IMG/VR virus record: IMGVR_UViG_3300034190_001361
Location: 1-33,828 of that record
DNA length: 33,828 bases
Direction: 5' to 3' (one strand)
DNA from: a virus
Taxonomy: Duplodnaviria > Caudoviricetes
The notes under the pieces are model-generated. The model was not told the origin of the DNA. It made no database searches and saw nothing but the letters and a program-made list of their open reading frames with translations. Shown here in pieces: positions 16,034 through 24,967 of this stretch. Each line of letters starts with the position of its first letter. The first letter of the stretch is position 1. A program made the position numbers and the translations under genes.

Positions 16034-16813
16034 ATGAATACATATGAAGAACAAGGCGAATCACAAGAGCACGTAGATGCTATGGTTGCCAAGGGCGAAC
16101 AGCTCGAACAGAATAACAACCCCGACCGACCTGATTGGTTGCCGGAGAAATTCAAAGACCCAGCACAGATGGCAGAAGCATATGCACAGCTTGAGAAGAA
16201 GATGGGTCAGGGACAGTCTGAGGAGTCAGCGGCTGAAGAGCAGCCAGCAGGTGAGCCAACGTCGGAAGATACAGGCAATCAGCCTGAAGCCTCAGAAGTC
16301 AGAGAAGCAGTAGAAACAGCAGGTGTCGATTTCGACGCACTGCAAAGCGAATACAACGAACATGGAGAATTAGGTGAAGCAGCTTTACAAAAGTTGGCCG
16401 ATGCCGGGTTCTCTAATGATTTGGTAAAAAGTTGGATTCAAGGGCAAGAGTCTTTGAACACTTCTTATCAAAACTCAGTCTACGAAACCGTGGGCGGAGA
16501 AGAGTCTTATAAGGAAATGCTAACATGGGCCGGAGACAACCTCAGCCAAGCTGAAATCTCAGCCTATGATCGCGCCGTAGACTCTGGAGACATAGAGATG
16601 GTTAAGTTAGCCGTCGATGGATTAAAGTCTAAGTATCAATCTGTAGAAGGATCAGACCCAACACTTGTGAGTGGACAATCTGCTTCTTCATCAGGCGGTA
16701 ATTATGGCTCGTGGGCAGAAGTGACCGCAGCTATGAGAGATCCCCGATACAAAACTGATTCAGCGTACCGCCAACAGGTTTCCTCTAAGTTAGAGCGAAG
16801 CAACGTCACCTAG
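16034..16813 (+). CDS. Capsid scaffolding protein (T7 gp9-like)
   Basis: Acidic; 'RPDWLPEKF', 'AYAQLEKKMG', 'VGGEESY..MLTWA', 'AMRDPRY..D.AYR'. Confidence 0.93.
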   Translation: MNTYEEQGESQEHVDAMVAKGEQLEQNNNPDRPDWLPEKFKDPAQMAEAYAQLEKKMGQGQSEESAAEEQPAGEPTSEDTGNQPEASEVREAVETAGVDFDALQSEYNEHGELGEAALQKLADAGFSNDLVKSWIQGQESLNTSYQNSVYETVGGEESYKEMLTWAGDNLSQAEISAYDRAVDSGDIEMVKLAVDGLKSKYQSVEGSDPTLVSGQSASSSGGNYGSWAEVTAAMRDPRYKTDSAYRQQVSSKLERSNVT

Positions 16814-16820
16814 TCTCTTT

Positions 16821-16843
16821 GGCCTCCTTCGGGAGGCTTTTTT
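16821..16843 (+). terminator. Intrinsic terminator between scaffold and capsid genes
   Basis: GCCTCC-TTCG-GGAGGC followed by T6. Confidence 0.85.
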
Positions 16844-16986
16844 AATTCTAAAAGTACAACAACACAAAATTACAATTACCTTTGACCCCTGCGGGGATAA
16901 TCTCAGAGAACGGAGTTACGTGTTAAGTGACTGAAAGAATGCAAACATTAAACATTCATTTAAACATTTAACAAAAGGTAAATATT

Positions 16987-18051
16987 ATGTCATGGTCAGG
17001 AAAAAGTGCCACACAAGGCACATCGCGTCTAGGCGCAGATAACGGTACAGGTACGGACAAACGTTCTTTATTTCTAAAGCAGTTCAGCGGAGAAGTTCTC
17101 ACGAGCTTTGAAGAAAAGAACGTAGCTATGCCTCTTCACCGAGTGCGTACAATCAATAACGGCAAGTCTGCTTCATTCCCAACAATCGGAACTAGCACTG
17201 CCGCTTACCACGCAGCCGGTACGCAGATCTTTGGTGATAGCGTTCCTTCAAAAGAAATTGTTGTAACTGTAGACGACCTCTTAGTGTCAGCAGCTTTCAT
17301 CCCTAAGATTGATGAAGCTATGAACCACTACGATGTTCGTTCTACTTACAGCTCTGAGTTGGGTAACGCCCTAGCTAACGCTGCCGATAGAAACATCTTC
17401 TCTGTAGTCTACAAAGCGGCAACTGCCACAGCGGGTTCCGGTGATATTGAAGGTCAGTGGGCGAACGCCGACTTTGAAGGTCTATCCGATACTAACTCAG
17501 GTGTTGGCGGTGTAAACGGTCAAGCTGGTCGTATTGACTTGAATAGCACTCCCGACGAAGGCTCTACTGCACCATCAGCAGCGCAAATCGTTGACGGTAT
17601 TATGAACTCTTTGATGCAGTTCGACAAGCACGATGTAACTGGTGAGAAGTCGGTTGTACTTGATCCTGTTACTTACTACGCCCTAATGGCTGGTGATTCA
17701 CGAGCTATTAACCGTGACTTCGGTGGTACTGGTGGTGTTGTATCAGGCACTGTTCCGTCAATTGGTGGTGCTAAGATCTATATGTCTAACCACTTGCCAA
17801 CGGCATCAACAGGCATGACTTCTCCACTAGCTAACGAATCTGGTAGAGCGACTACCGTTTATACCGGTTCTACCAACGCTAACCTTAAGGGTCTTGTATT
17901 TACTAAAGACGCAGCAGCGACTGTTAAGTTGTTGGATCTAGGTGTTGAGTCTGAGTATCAGATCGATCGTCAAGGTACTTTGATGGTTGCTAAGTATGCT
18001 ATGGGCCACAACGTCCTACGTAACAAATCAGCAATTGCTCTCGTAGCATAA
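16987..18051 (+). CDS. Major capsid protein (T7 gp10-like)
   Basis: 'LFLKQFSGEVLTSF', 'RTINNGKSASFP', 'VDDLL', 'YAMGHNVLR'. Confidence 0.97.
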   Translation: MSWSGKSATQGTSRLGADNGTGTDKRSLFLKQFSGEVLTSFEEKNVAMPLHRVRTINNGKSASFPTIGTSTAAYHAAGTQIFGDSVPSKEIVVTVDDLLVSAAFIPKIDEAMNHYDVRSTYSSELGNALANAADRNIFSVVYKAATATAGSGDIEGQWANADFEGLSDTNSGVGGVNGQAGRIDLNSTPDEGSTAPSAAQIVDGIMNSLMQFDKHDVTGEKSVVLDPVTYYALMAGDSRAINRDFGGTGGVVSGTVPSIGGAKIYMSNHLPTASTGMTSPLANESGRATTVYTGSTNANLKGLVFTKDAAATVKLLDLGVESEYQIDRQGTLMVAKYAMGHNVLRNKSAIALVA

Positions 18052-18058
18052 GCTATCT

Positions 18059-18088
18059 AGGGGCATCCTTCGGGGTGTCCCTTTTTTT
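18059..18088 (+). terminator. Intrinsic terminator after capsid (Tphi position)
   Basis: GGGGCATCC-TTCG-GGGTGTCCC followed by T7. Confidence 0.9.
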
Positions 18089-18108
18089 CATTTTTCATTG
18101 AGGTATAT

Positions 18109-18723
18109 ATGACAACTCCAACAACAACTCTGGGTGCAGTTAACTCCATGCTCTCAACCATTGGCGAAGCTCCAGTCAACGGATTAAACTCCGGTCTAGT
18201 AGAAGCTGAGACTGCTGAAACCATTCTCAATGAAGTTTCAAGAAGTGTTCAAGCTGACGGTTGGAACTTTAACAGCGAACCTAATTATAGCGTGGCTGCC
18301 ACCTCTGATGGCGACATAGTTTTACCAGCAGAGATCATAAGAGCAGATCTGGCTACAACTAAATACAGAAGTTCTACGACTGAATACATACAGCGTGGAA
18401 ACAAAATGTACGACAAAGCTAACCACACATATAACATTGGCAAAACACTAAAGTTAAATGTTGTCGTTCTCTTAGCTTTTGAATTGATGCCCGAAGTGGC
18501 AAGACGTTATGTGTCTGTGAAGGCAGCTCGAATATTCCAAGAGAGAGTATTGGGTAGCAGCACTTTATCACAGATGAACAGAACCGACGAACAAGAAGCA
18601 CTATTCTCCCTAAAGGAACACGAAGGGGACAACGGTGACTATAACATATTTGATGATTACGGCACAGCCAGTGTCCTTGATCGCAGCATAGGTAAGGTGA
18701 TTACAAATGGCTCTAGTTTCTAA
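18109..18723 (+). CDS. Tail tubular protein A (T7 gp11-like)
   Basis: 'AVNSMLSTIGEAPV', 'VQADGWNFN', 'RGNKMYD'. Confidence 0.93.
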   Translation: MTTPTTTLGAVNSMLSTIGEAPVNGLNSGLVEAETAETILNEVSRSVQADGWNFNSEPNYSVAATSDGDIVLPAEIIRADLATTKYRSSTTEYIQRGNKMYDKANHTYNIGKTLKLNVVVLLAFELMPEVARRYVSVKAARIFQERVLGSSTLSQMNRTDEQEALFSLKEHEGDNGDYNIFDDYGTASVLDRSIGKVITNGSSF

Positions 18724-21655
18724 AAGCATACCCAATCTCATCAATGGGATTTCGCAACAACCCCCAGCACTCCGTTTGGAAACGCAAGGGGAAGTACAAG
18801 AGAATGGCCTGTCTGATGTGGTTGATGGCTTAAAGAAACGACCGCCCACTCAGTTCATAAAGACGTTAATGAAAACGTCAAGCAATTGGACGCCTAGTTC
18901 AGCGTCAAGTCTTACCCTTGGTAACCTGACTTATTATAACACAATCGCCTTAACAGAAGCCGAACTGAATAGCTGCTTCACACACACCTACAAACGAAGT
19001 GAAGACGAGCAGTTCACTGTGATGATTATACAGAAGTCTCAACCTGTAATTCTAGTCTATGATATTGAAGGCAACCTTCGGTATGAGTCATACAAGTCTA
19101 GTTGGGATGCAAATGGTGCTAACATTAAATGGTTCTACAGTGATGAAGATTATGCAGCTAACACCAACCCCCAGTTCCGCAATACAGATTCTACAGCAGG
19201 CTACTTAGGACAGTCCGTAGCAAGTGATTATACAGCAACCTCCGTGGCGGATGCTACGTTCATCGTTAACAAAAGAATAACGGTTGCTATGTCTGAAGAA
19301 CGTAACCCATCTGCTAATGCACCTTCTGCCCTAATTTATCTTAAATCAGTTAACTATGGTAGAGATTACAAACTAAAACTACAAACTTCAAAAGTGGGTG
19401 AAACCACAACCTTAAGTGCTAACGCAGGAACTCTTAATGCAATTACTGAGCAAGAAGGTACTAATAACGGTCAGTCTAACAGCTCCGCACTTAAAGTATC
19501 CACAACTCTTGCCGCTCTTCGTACAGACCTCCTTTCTAATTCTACAGCCAATATTTCAGGAGCCTACGCCTCACAAGAGGAGCCGGTTACTTGGGCAAAC
19601 GGATCACCCTCAGCATTATCAACTATAGTTCTTGATTCAGCTCTGCGCACGACTGATCCCGATCTCCTTATGCTTGTTCAAGGCAATGATAATATTGTTT
19701 ATAACGCGCAGGGTGGTAACGGTTGGAAGTACGCTTCTGATTATGCAACGAGCTTTAAAATTGATCTCCCGGTTACGGCGTGGGAAAGGACGCAATCGGT
19801 GGAGGGCCAAAACGTCCCTCGTTACGTTCGGCCTGCCATAAGCCTTTTGAAAGTAGAGTCTGTAGGTGACCTCGATGTAACCATACAACCACTTAGTTAT
19901 TCTAGCGAACCCTACTTTGTAGTTAACGCTGTTACGGGTGGCGACTTCGACGACTTCACTCTTACGGCAACGGACGACGACGGTGGTACAAACCTCCGGG
20001 CGTTTAAAGACAACGCGAAGTCATTCACCGATCTACCTAACCAATGTATTGATGGTTATAGAATAGGTGTAATTGGCGACAACAACAAAAAAGAAGATGA
20101 TTTTCATGTTATCTTTAGAGGAGCAGGTGGCAGTGGTTACTGGAAGGAAACTGTAAAAGGTGGACTTCAAAATTATTACAACCTAGCGACAATGCCCCAC
20201 CAAATACGTCAAGGTTCTCAACTACAATTTAGCTTTGGACAAGGTACTTGGGATTCCCGCAAAGCAGGTGATGATGCAACAAACCCAGCTCCAAGTTTTG
20301 TGGGCAACACTATTAGTGACGTCTTCTTCCACAGGAACCGCTTAGGTGTCCTTTCGGATGAAAATGTAATCTTTAGTGAAGCTAGTAGTTATTATAATTT
20401 CTTTAGAACAACTGTACGCACACTGCTGGACGCTGATCCAATCGACGTAGCCGTGTCACAGAACGAAGTATCCGAGCTTAAGGCTGCTGTACCTATTCAG
20501 GATAACCTATTGTTATTCTCTGAGTTAAACCAGTTCACTTTATCTGCCTCACAGTTACTCACACCATCTGAAGTTACCATCGATCAAAGCACCAAGTATG
20601 AGTGCGATCTAACAGCCACCCCCGTGGGTGCAGGTAACAGTGTTTTCTTTGCTACAAAAAGCGGAGACTTCTCAGGCTTACGTGAGTTCTATACGGACGG
20701 CGATACTGAATTGAAAAAGGCTTCTTCTATAACCGCACACGTACCTAAGTATCTTAGGGGTGTTATTAGAAAACTAACCTCTTCTTCTAACGAAGATATT
20801 TTGATTGCGCTTACAGAAACAAACAAGAAAGAATGTTACGTATATAAGTGGTACGACTCCGGGCAAGAGCGCCTACAAAGTGCTTGGTCTAAGTGGACAT
20901 TTAAGAAAGATATTATAGATGTCTCCTTTAACAACGCCACAGCTTACTTTACGTTTAACGATGGATCTTACCAGAAGTTATTACTAAGGGACGATCCTAC
21001 AGTTATCACGTACACCGTTGGTAGTGCGACAGCCACAGCAACACGCTTAGATGCTCTTCTTGACTCTAGGATGCTTCTTCAGAAAACTAGCAGTGCTTAC
21101 CCAATGTCACCGGGATTAGTGACTTCCTTGTATCCTCCTCTCTCCTCTACAACAGTTTTTACAAACCATGCAGGAGCGATTATTGCAACCGGGAATAGTA
21201 CCGCAGAGTTAACTAAGGTATCTGATTATCTAAATCTTAGCCACGTTGAAAACGGTAGCACCATACTTAACTATGTATTCGCTGGCGAACCTTACACGTT
21301 TAAATATCAGCTCTCTGAGCAAGTGTTTAAACCTGTCAAAGGTGACTCAACAGAGATGGCTCGATTCCAACTAAGAAACATGAACTTTAACTACAACGAC
21401 ACAGCGACCTTCACGGTTACTGTAGAGAACTTGGGTAGAGATACTAAGACAACCAAGTTTACCGGGCGTATCTTAGGACAAGCTAATAACATCCTCGGTC
21501 TCGCTCCTATTGTAGACACAGGTGGATTTAAAGTTGGCGTACAGTCCCAAGCTAAAAACACTAAAATAACCTTAACAAACGATACCCATCTACCATCGCT
21601 CTTCCAGAGTGTTGAGTGGGAAGGCTTCGTCAATCTAAGAAACCAGAGATTATAA
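18707..21655 (+). CDS. Tail tubular protein B / nozzle (T7 gp12-like)
   Basis: 'IPNLINGISQQP', 'GLKKRPP', 'PSFVG..ISDVFFHRNRLG', 'QSAWSKW'. Confidence 0.95.
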   Translation: MALVSKSIPNLINGISQQPPALRLETQGEVQENGLSDVVDGLKKRPPTQFIKTLMKTSSNWTPSSASSLTLGNLTYYNTIALTEAELNSCFTHTYKRSEDEQFTVMIIQKSQPVILVYDIEGNLRYESYKSSWDANGANIKWFYSDEDYAANTNPQFRNTDSTAGYLGQSVASDYTATSVADATFIVNKRITVAMSEERNPSANAPSALIYLKSVNYGRDYKLKLQTSKVGETTTLSANAGTLNAITEQEGTNNGQSNSSALKVSTTLAALRTDLLSNSTANISGAYASQEEPVTWANGSPSALSTIVLDSALRTTDPDLLMLVQGNDNIVYNAQGGNGWKYASDYATSFKIDLPVTAWERTQSVEGQNVPRYVRPAISLLKVESVGDLDVTIQPLSYSSEPYFVVNAVTGGDFDDFTLTATDDDGGTNLRAFKDNAKSFTDLPNQCIDGYRIGVIGDNNKKEDDFHVIFRGAGGSGYWKETVKGGLQNYYNLATMPHQIRQGSQLQFSFGQGTWDSRKAGDDATNPAPSFVGNTISDVFFHRNRLGVLSDENVIFSEASSYYNFFRTTVRTLLDADPIDVAVSQNEVSELKAAVPIQDNLLLFSELNQFTLSASQLLTPSEVTIDQSTKYECDLTATPVGAGNSVFFATKSGDFSGLREFYTDGDTELKKASSITAHVPKYLRGVIRKLTSSSNEDILIALTETNKKECYVYKWYDSGQERLQSAWSKWTFKKDIIDVSFNNATAYFTFNDGSYQKLLLRDDPTVITYTVGSATATATRLDALLDSRMLLQKTSSAYPMSPGLVTSLYPPLSSTTVFTNHAGAIIATGNSTAELTKVSDYLNLSHVENGSTILNYVFAGEPYTFKYQLSEQVFKPVKGDSTEMARFQLRNMNFNYNDTATFTVTVENLGRDTKTTKFTGRILGQANNILGLAPIVDTGGFKVGVQSQAKNTKITLTNDTHLPSLFQSVEWEGFVNLRNQRL

Positions 21656-21658
21656 AAT

Positions 21659-22117
21659 ATGACACACCATTACAGACCCAGTACCTTTGAAGACTGCCGT
21701 GAGATGGCCCCTAATCTACGTAAGCAGGATGCTAATGAAATCATGGCAAGCAGTGGCAAAGAACCTTTTGATGCGCTGTGGGAGAGCTACGATAAGTCTG
21801 TAGAGTGCTTCACTATCATACACGAAGATGGTGACGTAGTGGGTATGTTTGGTGTGTCCTATTGTGGTCATTTCGCAAGTCCGTGGTTACTTGGAACAGA
21901 TAAGCTAACAGAAACAAAAAGGGTAATGCTCCCTGTGGCAGCTAAGTGGGTGGAGGAGAAAGTAGACCAATACTCACTACTGCTTAACTACGTGGACGCC
22001 GATAATACGGTGTCGATGAAATGGCTTAAGTCTCTTGGATTTAAGTTTATAAAACTATTAGATTACGGAGTAGGGCAAAAACCCTTCTACCAATTCGTGA
22101 GGATAAAAGATGTGTGA
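21659..22117 (+). CDS. Internal virion protein A (T7 gp13-like, GNAT-like fold)
   Basis: 'LRKQDANEI', 'PWLLGT', 'LLNYVDADNTVSMKWLKSLGF'; synteny. Confidence 0.85.
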   Translation: MTHHYRPSTFEDCREMAPNLRKQDANEIMASSGKEPFDALWESYDKSVECFTIIHEDGDVVGMFGVSYCGHFASPWLLGTDKLTETKRVMLPVAAKWVEEKVDQYSLLLNYVDADNTVSMKWLKSLGFKFIKLLDYGVGQKPFYQFVRIKDV

Positions 22118-22673
22118 ACCAGTATCGATTACACTAGGCATAATGAGCGCCGCCGCCGGGGTTATGCAAGCTCAGGCAGCAAGTGACGCTCAAGACGAAG
22201 CTTACGCTGAGAATGTTCGAGCATCCACAGAAGCTAAAAGGGATGCCGATAGACAAATTAATTTACAACAGTCGCAGGCTCAAGAAGCAGCGGCAACAGA
22301 ACAACTAGCAAACGACTTACAAACAAAAGCCCTAGTATCACGAGCAGTGGTAGCCGGGGGTGAGTCTGGAGCACTTGGTCAAAGTACCTTAGCAGCGCAA
22401 GAGAACATTGTACGCCAAGGCTTAGAAGCAAACACTATGGTTACTCAGAACCTCGGAAGAGAGGTTGCACAGATGGGTGAGTCACGTCGTGGCGCTAACT
22501 CTAACTATACCTCTCGTATCAACTCCGTATCGCAAGGCGGTGGTGTTGGTATGGGTACAGCACTAGGTGCAGTAGCCGGAGGTGTAAGCACTGGTGTATC
22601 CACTGCCGGCTCAATATCGAGTATTAAAGCAAACAAAGCCGGAGGCATACCAAAAGCCGGGGGCACAATATGA
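22110..22673 (+). CDS. Internal virion protein B (T7 gp14-like)
   Basis: 'MCEPVS' start, hydrophobic N-terminus, Ala/Gln-rich; synteny. Confidence 0.8.
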   Translation: MCEPVSITLGIMSAAAGVMQAQAASDAQDEAYAENVRASTEAKRDADRQINLQQSQAQEAAATEQLANDLQTKALVSRAVVAGGESGALGQSTLAAQENIVRQGLEANTMVTQNLGREVAQMGESRRGANSNYTSRINSVSQGGGVGMGTALGAVAGGVSTGVSTAGSISSIKANKAGGIPKAGGTI

Positions 22674-24946
22674 GCAAATCATTAGCAGAAACAGTTAACT
22701 TCGGTGAGGCTGTACAGCAGAAAGGTTACGAGAAACGAGCACAGCAGGTTGATACATTTGTACAGTCTGAAACAGCTCAACAGAAACTAGCACGTAGCGG
22801 TAAAGCGCAAACAGCCCAAGCCATTCAAGCTCTTGCAGGAATGGGTAGTGATTTTGTAAACGCTAAAGCTAAAATAAGAGAACAAGAAGTACAGGTTATC
22901 AAAGATGATTTGGCTAACATCACAGCTTACTCAATAGAAGAATCTCGTCTTGGTAACAAGCCTTATGACACTGAAACTTTCGCAAACTTACCTGTAAGGT
23001 TCCAAGTTAGGGTTCGTTCACAAGTTGGTGAAGCTAACGGAGCACGCGCTATAAACGAAGCAGCCGCTGGCATCACTGATGATATGCGATTAAGTCCTGA
23101 AGCTATGGCAGCACACTTAGAGACTTTTGCGACATCTAAAGAAATCCTAACGGGTATGGATGCACACGAAAAATTAGCTTATGACACAGCTTGGAACAAA
23201 GGGCTGGCCAAGATTAACAACGGTGTTATTCAAGCCCAAGCCGCAGAGGGACAAAAGCAGCTCCACGATTCAATTAAATTTGATGTCTCTAAAAAGATTG
23301 CAGCAGTAGGCGAAGACCTTTTAAATAACCAAGCACTCACAGGTGAAATATCTACCGATAGAGACATGAACGTATCGGCGCAGAACACTTACATTCAACT
23401 TGAACCCCTCTTTAAAAGTTTAGGTGTGGTTGATGGTGTTACAGTCCCAGCTTCAGTTCGTAAAGATCTTTTCCGTGAGCAGATTATATTAGCAGCACAG
23501 GAATCAGGAAACCATTACTTACTAGCTCCTGAGAATATCCCGGTTGAATATCAAGATGATAAAACAGTTTGGCTCTTCAACAAAGCTCGCTTAGATATTA
23601 AAGAAAAACGTGAACAGGAAGTTCGACAAGAGAGATCTGATGCCAACTCACAGTATTACACAGACGTCCGTAACGCTAACACCGCCGCTTATGATGGTAG
23701 TCTCACTAGAGATAATGCATCCACTGGTATTGAACTAGATGCAGTTATTGCAGCAGAGAAGCGTACAAACATTCAACAAACTAGCTCATCAAAGAATGTA
23801 CAGTTGTTTGAAGATCAAATTGAAATGTCTATCGCAATGAAAAGCGACGTATTGCTAGACGCTGATGGTAATGAAGTATTAGTTAATGGAAACACAGTCC
23901 CAGTAGACAAACAATCTCTTGTAGATTTTATTGAATTTAATCCTAACTTCAACCAAGCCGACGCCACCAGACTCATGGAGGGCGTAGATGAACAGCTTGT
24001 AGGTTTTGATATTTCTAAACATCTCTCAGGTACTCCGATGCAGATGGCGGATGTTGTAATTAAAAACAGCCTTATACAAGTCCCGGAACCTCTTCAAGGC
24101 TCCTTCACTACAGATATGCAGGAATGGTATAGCGATGAGTATGAAACTAATTATTACAACGCAAAGAAAGATAAAGGTTGGGCTAACCCTCTAACAACCG
24201 GCGAGAGAAAAGAAGTGCGTAAACAAACACACAAAGCTTTCTTAGCTGAAGTTAATGGTCGCCTCACTAATAAATCTACAGACGGTGAAGTGGACTTAGA
24301 TGGCAATGTTGTCGATACAGTGACCAGCTCTGACGTTTCCGAAGACAACGCACAGGTTGACGGAGATCCTGTAGTTACTCCTTCTAATCAAGAAGGCTAT
24401 GACTTACTAAACGACGTGCAGAAGGGAACTTGGGAGAAGATTAAAAACAAGCCCGAGATGGTTAAGATGTGGACGGACAGAGGTTATCCTGTGCCAGCGT
24501 CTACGGAAGAAGTACAGGGTGACTATGATGAAGTTAGAGCCACAGTCGATATGTCAGACGAGGACTTAGAAGATATGCTCTTTAGCGTTGCTAACTATGA
24601 ATATGGCGACGGATTCCGCAGCACAGCCGGTATGGATCGATCAAAGTTTGGGAGCTTAGATGAGGGAACTCGCAAAGTTCTAATGGACAGGTTTATCAAT
24701 ACTAAAGCTAATGAGTTTGTTACTTTACTGAATGGTTTCTACAACAAGACCTTTGATACAAGCTTACAGGCTGTTTACGAAAAGGATATAGAAGAAGTAT
24801 TAGCAGATCCTAAAAATGTTATGAAAATGGATCAATTTCTTAAAGGAACTTTAAAGAATAGATCTGTAATTCAAGGCGAAGGTACTAAGGATCCAATACC
24901 ATGGCTAGAACAACTTAAACGTACTGATTGGTACAAAGAAGATTAA
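22670..24946 (+). CDS. Internal virion protein C (T7 gp15 position)
   Basis: 758 aa helical-looking protein; assignment by size and synteny only. Confidence 0.65.
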   Translation: MSKSLAETVNFGEAVQQKGYEKRAQQVDTFVQSETAQQKLARSGKAQTAQAIQALAGMGSDFVNAKAKIREQEVQVIKDDLANITAYSIEESRLGNKPYDTETFANLPVRFQVRVRSQVGEANGARAINEAAAGITDDMRLSPEAMAAHLETFATSKEILTGMDAHEKLAYDTAWNKGLAKINNGVIQAQAAEGQKQLHDSIKFDVSKKIAAVGEDLLNNQALTGEISTDRDMNVSAQNTYIQLEPLFKSLGVVDGVTVPASVRKDLFREQIILAAQESGNHYLLAPENIPVEYQDDKTVWLFNKARLDIKEKREQEVRQERSDANSQYYTDVRNANTAAYDGSLTRDNASTGIELDAVIAAEKRTNIQQTSSSKNVQLFEDQIEMSIAMKSDVLLDADGNEVLVNGNTVPVDKQSLVDFIEFNPNFNQADATRLMEGVDEQLVGFDISKHLSGTPMQMADVVIKNSLIQVPEPLQGSFTTDMQEWYSDEYETNYYNAKKDKGWANPLTTGERKEVRKQTHKAFLAEVNGRLTNKSTDGEVDLDGNVVDTVTSSDVSEDNAQVDGDPVVTPSNQEGYDLLNDVQKGTWEKIKNKPEMVKMWTDRGYPVPASTEEVQGDYDEVRATVDMSDEDLEDMLFSVANYEYGDGFRSTAGMDRSKFGSLDEGTRKVLMDRFINTKANEFVTLLNGFYNKTFDTSLQAVYEKDIEEVLADPKNVMKMDQFLKGTLKNRSVIQGEGTKDPIPWLEQLKRTDWYKED

Positions 24947-24967
24947 CCGAATGTATAGGAGCCATTA

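Noticed and set aside
16882-16900. Sigma70 promoter from TTGACC and GATAAT in the capsid leader
   Set aside because: Spacing is about 8 bp rather than about 17; the segment is better described as a hairpin
18000-18108. T7 10B-like capsid frameshift extension
   Set aside because: Terminator follows the stop immediately and there is no room for an extended frame before gp11
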